Source: Azolla caroliniana
Lineage: Eukaryota; Plantae; Polypodiophyta
DNA length: 64,000 bases
Reading direction: 5' to 3'
NCBI GenBank assembly: GCA_043228905.1
Contig: JBHGNT010000088.1
Span: 30,352 to 94,351 of the forward strand
This document shows, one piece after another, positions 62,001-64,000 of the stretch. Under the pieces are notes generated by a model. That model saw nothing but the letters and a program-made list of their open reading frames with translations, was not told the DNA's origin and searched no databases. The position numbers were made by a program, and so were the translations under genes. Within the stretch, counting starts at the first letter, position 1. Every line of letters starts with the position of its first letter.

Positions 62001-64000
62001 TACCAAGAATCTTTCTTCGTTCCTCTTCGGCAAATCAACACAATCTTGCCTGTTTCAAGATTGTTAAGTTAGTAAAATACCAAAACAGCAGTAAAATGAT
62101 CTATGGGCAGTGCACTTTACCTTAAATAAGGAAATTAGAAAATGGAATGAGAATAATGAGATGAATAAAGTAGGAAATGACAGATTGCATTAAGAGAGGG
62201 AAGAGGAAATAGCAAGTCAAATCACTATCCCAACTCAAAATGCTGTATAAGATAAACAAACAAATGTTTCACATATGGATATGGGATTATGACTAATACA
62301 TATTTGAAACATTGTACCCTGTATCTACCCACTTCAGCATTCCTAAGATTAGGTTAACAGAGGAAAGAGGAAATACCATGTCAAATATCCCATTCCATTA
62401 CAAATCACTATTCCTACTAACAATGATGTGTAAGACAATAAATAACTGCTTCACAAATGGAAATGGGATTGTGACTACAATATATTTGAAATATTGGTGT
62501 TCCCTCCTACAAATGTATGTTTACATATGAAACATTTGTGAGCAAAAACCACAGCAAGGAACTCTTAAAGATACATAATACATAGTTAAAGTTTATCTAC
62601 ATCTTTTTGAAGGATGCCAGACCATTAGTGTTAGTTACGTTCCACAATCTGAACTTGCAAACACAATGTAACATGCACCAAATTCGCATTCACACGATGA
62701 GGTCTAATCAGGAACTCTTTAATGAGCCATAAAACCAATAGGGTTTGGAAGCCAAAACGCCTAAGCTAGCCATTACCACAAGGTTCTTCATGCTACACGA
62801 GAGTGTGGACTGGTTTGGCAAGAGTCCTACAGTAGCCATCACTCAATACGCTGTGACTCAGGGTTTGGGGTTTTCCCTTTATAGGTCTCCTTAACCCCTC
62901 CAATAAAGGTTGCATAATCACATGATGGAAGTCAAATTCCTTATTACAGGGGAATTCATGTTCGGGGAGATGCTACGTGTACCCATTTGGAGGTCTACCC
63001 ACGTATCAACTGGCCAATGATCCAGAGGCATTTCCTGGTTTCTATTGATTGTTATATTGGGCTTCGTAATCTTCACAATTGTTTTTCTCTGATCCATCTA
63101 TACTCTAAAAGTGCTTACTCTCATGCCGCATTCCCGTCAGCTTCAGATTGCAGGAGCTTTGCTATATCTCAATATCTCTAAGTGTAATAAATATTGTGGT
63201 CACTTTACCAAGCTATCCATCATGTCTTCAGACATCTCCTCTCACGTGTGATTTTGGTCAGCTGCAGCCTCTGTTAGCTCCATTCCAGGTGCCACTGCAA
63301 GACTAGCCATTGCATACACCAGAGTTCCCCTGGCAATCCCGCATCCATTCCATTTCTTAGCAGAGATAGCTTCATGCAGGTGGCCACACTGTCACATCAT
63401 ACATTTGCTAAACTTCAAACAAAATGTGCAATTAACTTAGTCTAGCCCATCTTACATCTGTTGTTCCTGTGTTTCCATGATTGCTTCTTTTGCAAAACAC
63501 AAGTCAACCCGTTTCTCAGGTAACTCTTCCTTGAGAAACATCAGCTTGTTTTCGTGCTCTCAGACTGCTCTCAAAAACTTATTTACTTCTACCTTCTAGC
63601 TATTACTTTGATTCTATAAATATTTAATGTGCTTTACATGTATGAGTTAATTCATTGAACACATTCATATATGGGTATAAATCAGAAAAGAAAACACCTC
63701 CTGTTTCTGTTTTCATTTCATTATCAGTTTCCAGACTTCAATACTCATTTCTTCCACTTATATTTCCCCCATTTCCTGTCATACTCAGCAACTCTGATCC
63801 CAAGACCTTCACCTTAGTAAACAGTTGTGTAGATTGGCATTTCCTTAATGCACTTTACATGTATTAGGTAATTCATTGAACACATTTTTATATGGGTATA
63901 AATCTGTTAACAAACATCACCTTTTCCATTTTTACTTTATTTACCAGTTCTACAAACTTAGATACTTATTCCTTTCGTTTCTGTTTCCCCATTTCCCCAA

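Larger units (their letters stand above)
54089..64000 (+). repeat. Segmental duplication copy B (continues past the window end)
   Basis: Begins attgctttatctttgaaattagtc, identical to 35114; matches copy A throughout apart from scattered SNPs and small indels. Confidence 0.97.

Overview
AT-rich plant nuclear DNA with spliceosomal introns, many microsatellites and plant retroelements; a seed-free land plant such as a fern is plausible but cannot be proven from the sequence. Four host genes can be reconstructed: a 3-exon AVT1-type amino-acid transporter (-), a 9-exon GT106/O-fucosyltransferase-family gene resembling FRB1/RRT (-; one splice junction has an unresolved phase), an intronless OST3/OST6 oligosaccharyltransferase subunit (-), and a 23-exon cytosolic phosphoglucose isomerase PgiC (+) with one GC-AG intron. 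From about 35.1 kb the window is dominated by a very recent direct segmental duplication (35114 onward repeated at 54089 onward, about 19 kb offset, running off the window end). Each copy carries a DOXC-class 2-oxoglutarate/Fe(II) dioxygenase that has lost the Arg of the RxS motif and has a truncated C-terminus. Between the copies lies a nest of Copia and Gypsy fragments. Elsewhere are a 5'-truncated, internally deleted LINE inserted with a 16-bp TSD into a 99-bp tandem repeat, a 2.3-kb element with long degenerate TIRs and a 10-bp TSD (MULE-like, cargo unidentified), and decayed Copia/LINE remnants. No rRNA, tRNA or CRISPR features were seen, and I found no clearly new biological system; the best leads are the duplicated atypical dioxygenase, the TIR element and the splice-site anomalies.
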